Of a stretch of DNA of 31,849 nt, positions 31,368 through 31,849 are shown piece after piece. Location of the stretch: NCBI GenBank assembly GCA_964648955.1, contig CAZYNJ010000003.1, forward strand, positions 1-31,849, in the 5' to 3' direction. Numbering within the stretch: position 1 is the first letter of the stretch; every line of letters starts with the position of its first letter. Position numbers and translations under genes: made by a program. The DNA is from an uncultured Candidatus Saccharibacteria bacterium. GTDB taxonomy: Bacteria > Patescibacteriota > Dojkabacteria > SC72. Under the pieces are notes generated by a model. That model saw only the letters and a list, made by a program, of their open reading frames with translations, made no database searches and had not been told where the DNA came from.

Positions 31368-31849
31368 GTGTCTAAAAAGGACTTATCAGAACAAAAGAAT
31401 ATAGCAGGGCTAAGCTTTAGGGACTTAGATACAGGGAAGAATAATCCTGCTGGGGATTTTATATTTGTTGGAGAGGAGATAGGGGATAGTAGTGGTTGGA
31501 GTAAGCTTGTTAAATGGTTCAAAGAATACTTTTCATTTGATAGTAATAGAAAGGGCTTTCTTATATTTTTTCTAAGCTTTTTAAAATACACATTCTCTAG
31601 GCTTAGAGTTATATTCGTTTTGATGTCTGTTCTCGCAGATATCCTCTTTACTACCTTCGAGGAAGCAAAGAATTCTCTCGTAAAGAAGAGTTTCTGGGGG
31701 AGAGGTGGTTTCCTATTTTATGCATCTCAAGCAGTACTAGGTGTTATTCTTATCGTTGTTTTTGTTTCCTATGTTTATAGAAATCCTGCCATTACTAGTG
31801 CTAATGAAGGGAATTTGGACTATGTAGGAGTAGTAGAGGCTGATCTTTT
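31368..31849 (+). CDS. N-terminal part of a membrane protein running off the window end (absent from the ORF track)
   Basis: From GTG 31368 the frame stays open to the window end (MSKKDLSEQK...KKSFWGRGG...VGVVEADL), with hydrophobic helices. TG-A-TATAAT at 31331-31339. The FWGRG-plus-TM pattern recalls N-termini of CPR LysM/M23 proteins (tentative). Confidence 0.75.
   Translation, partial: MSKKDLSEQKNIAGLSFRDLDTGKNNPAGDFIFVGEEIGDSSGWSKLVKWFKEYFSFDSNRKGFLIFFLSFLKYTFSRLRVIFVLMSVLADILFTTFEEAKNSLVKKSFWGRGGFLFYASQAVLGVILIVVFVSYVYRNPAITSANEGNLDYVGVVEADL

Overview
Low-GC, core-genome window from a reduced-genome bacterium, most likely CPR/Patescibacteria (possibly a Dojkabacteria/Microgenomates-like lineage). 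That placement is inferred from 16S signatures and gene content, not from a database search. TGA is used as a stop (883, 8182, 29484), so the genetic code is standard code 11. Nearly all genes are on the + strand. Order: PH-domain membrane protein, small membrane protein, large membrane-anchored protein, smpB, orphan ORF, VirD4/HerA-like ATPase, tRNA-Ile(UAU), Xer-like recombinase (-), ftsB/divIC, tRNA-fMet, hpt (-), efp, tRNA-Met, ftsH, polA, TM-wHTH protein, ATP-dependent DNA ligase, an intact linked rRNA operon (16S, tRNA-Ile(GAU), tRNA-Ala(UGC), 23S, 5S), a Tmk-like protein, nth, rpsA, clpC, radA, rho and a truncated membrane-protein ORF. No CRISPR array, transposase or prophage is visible. 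The most interesting signals are: (1) a ~270-nt structured, apparently non-coding transcription unit upstream of rho, with its own consensus promoter and terminator and two long hairpins capped by an identical GG-CGAAA-CC-A motif; (2) a rare tRNA-Ile with a UAU anticodon, in a genome that uses AUA heavily and whose 16S carries compensated changes in the decoding centre and 530 loop; (3) a cysteine-free endonuclease III with no Fe-S motif; (4) several core enzymes with altered catalytic motifs (Xer-like, Tmk-like, EF-P tip, ClpC pore loop); and (5) a gene-by-gene extended -10 promoter architecture with several probably leaderless mRNAs. All RNA folds and rRNA numbering were done by eye.
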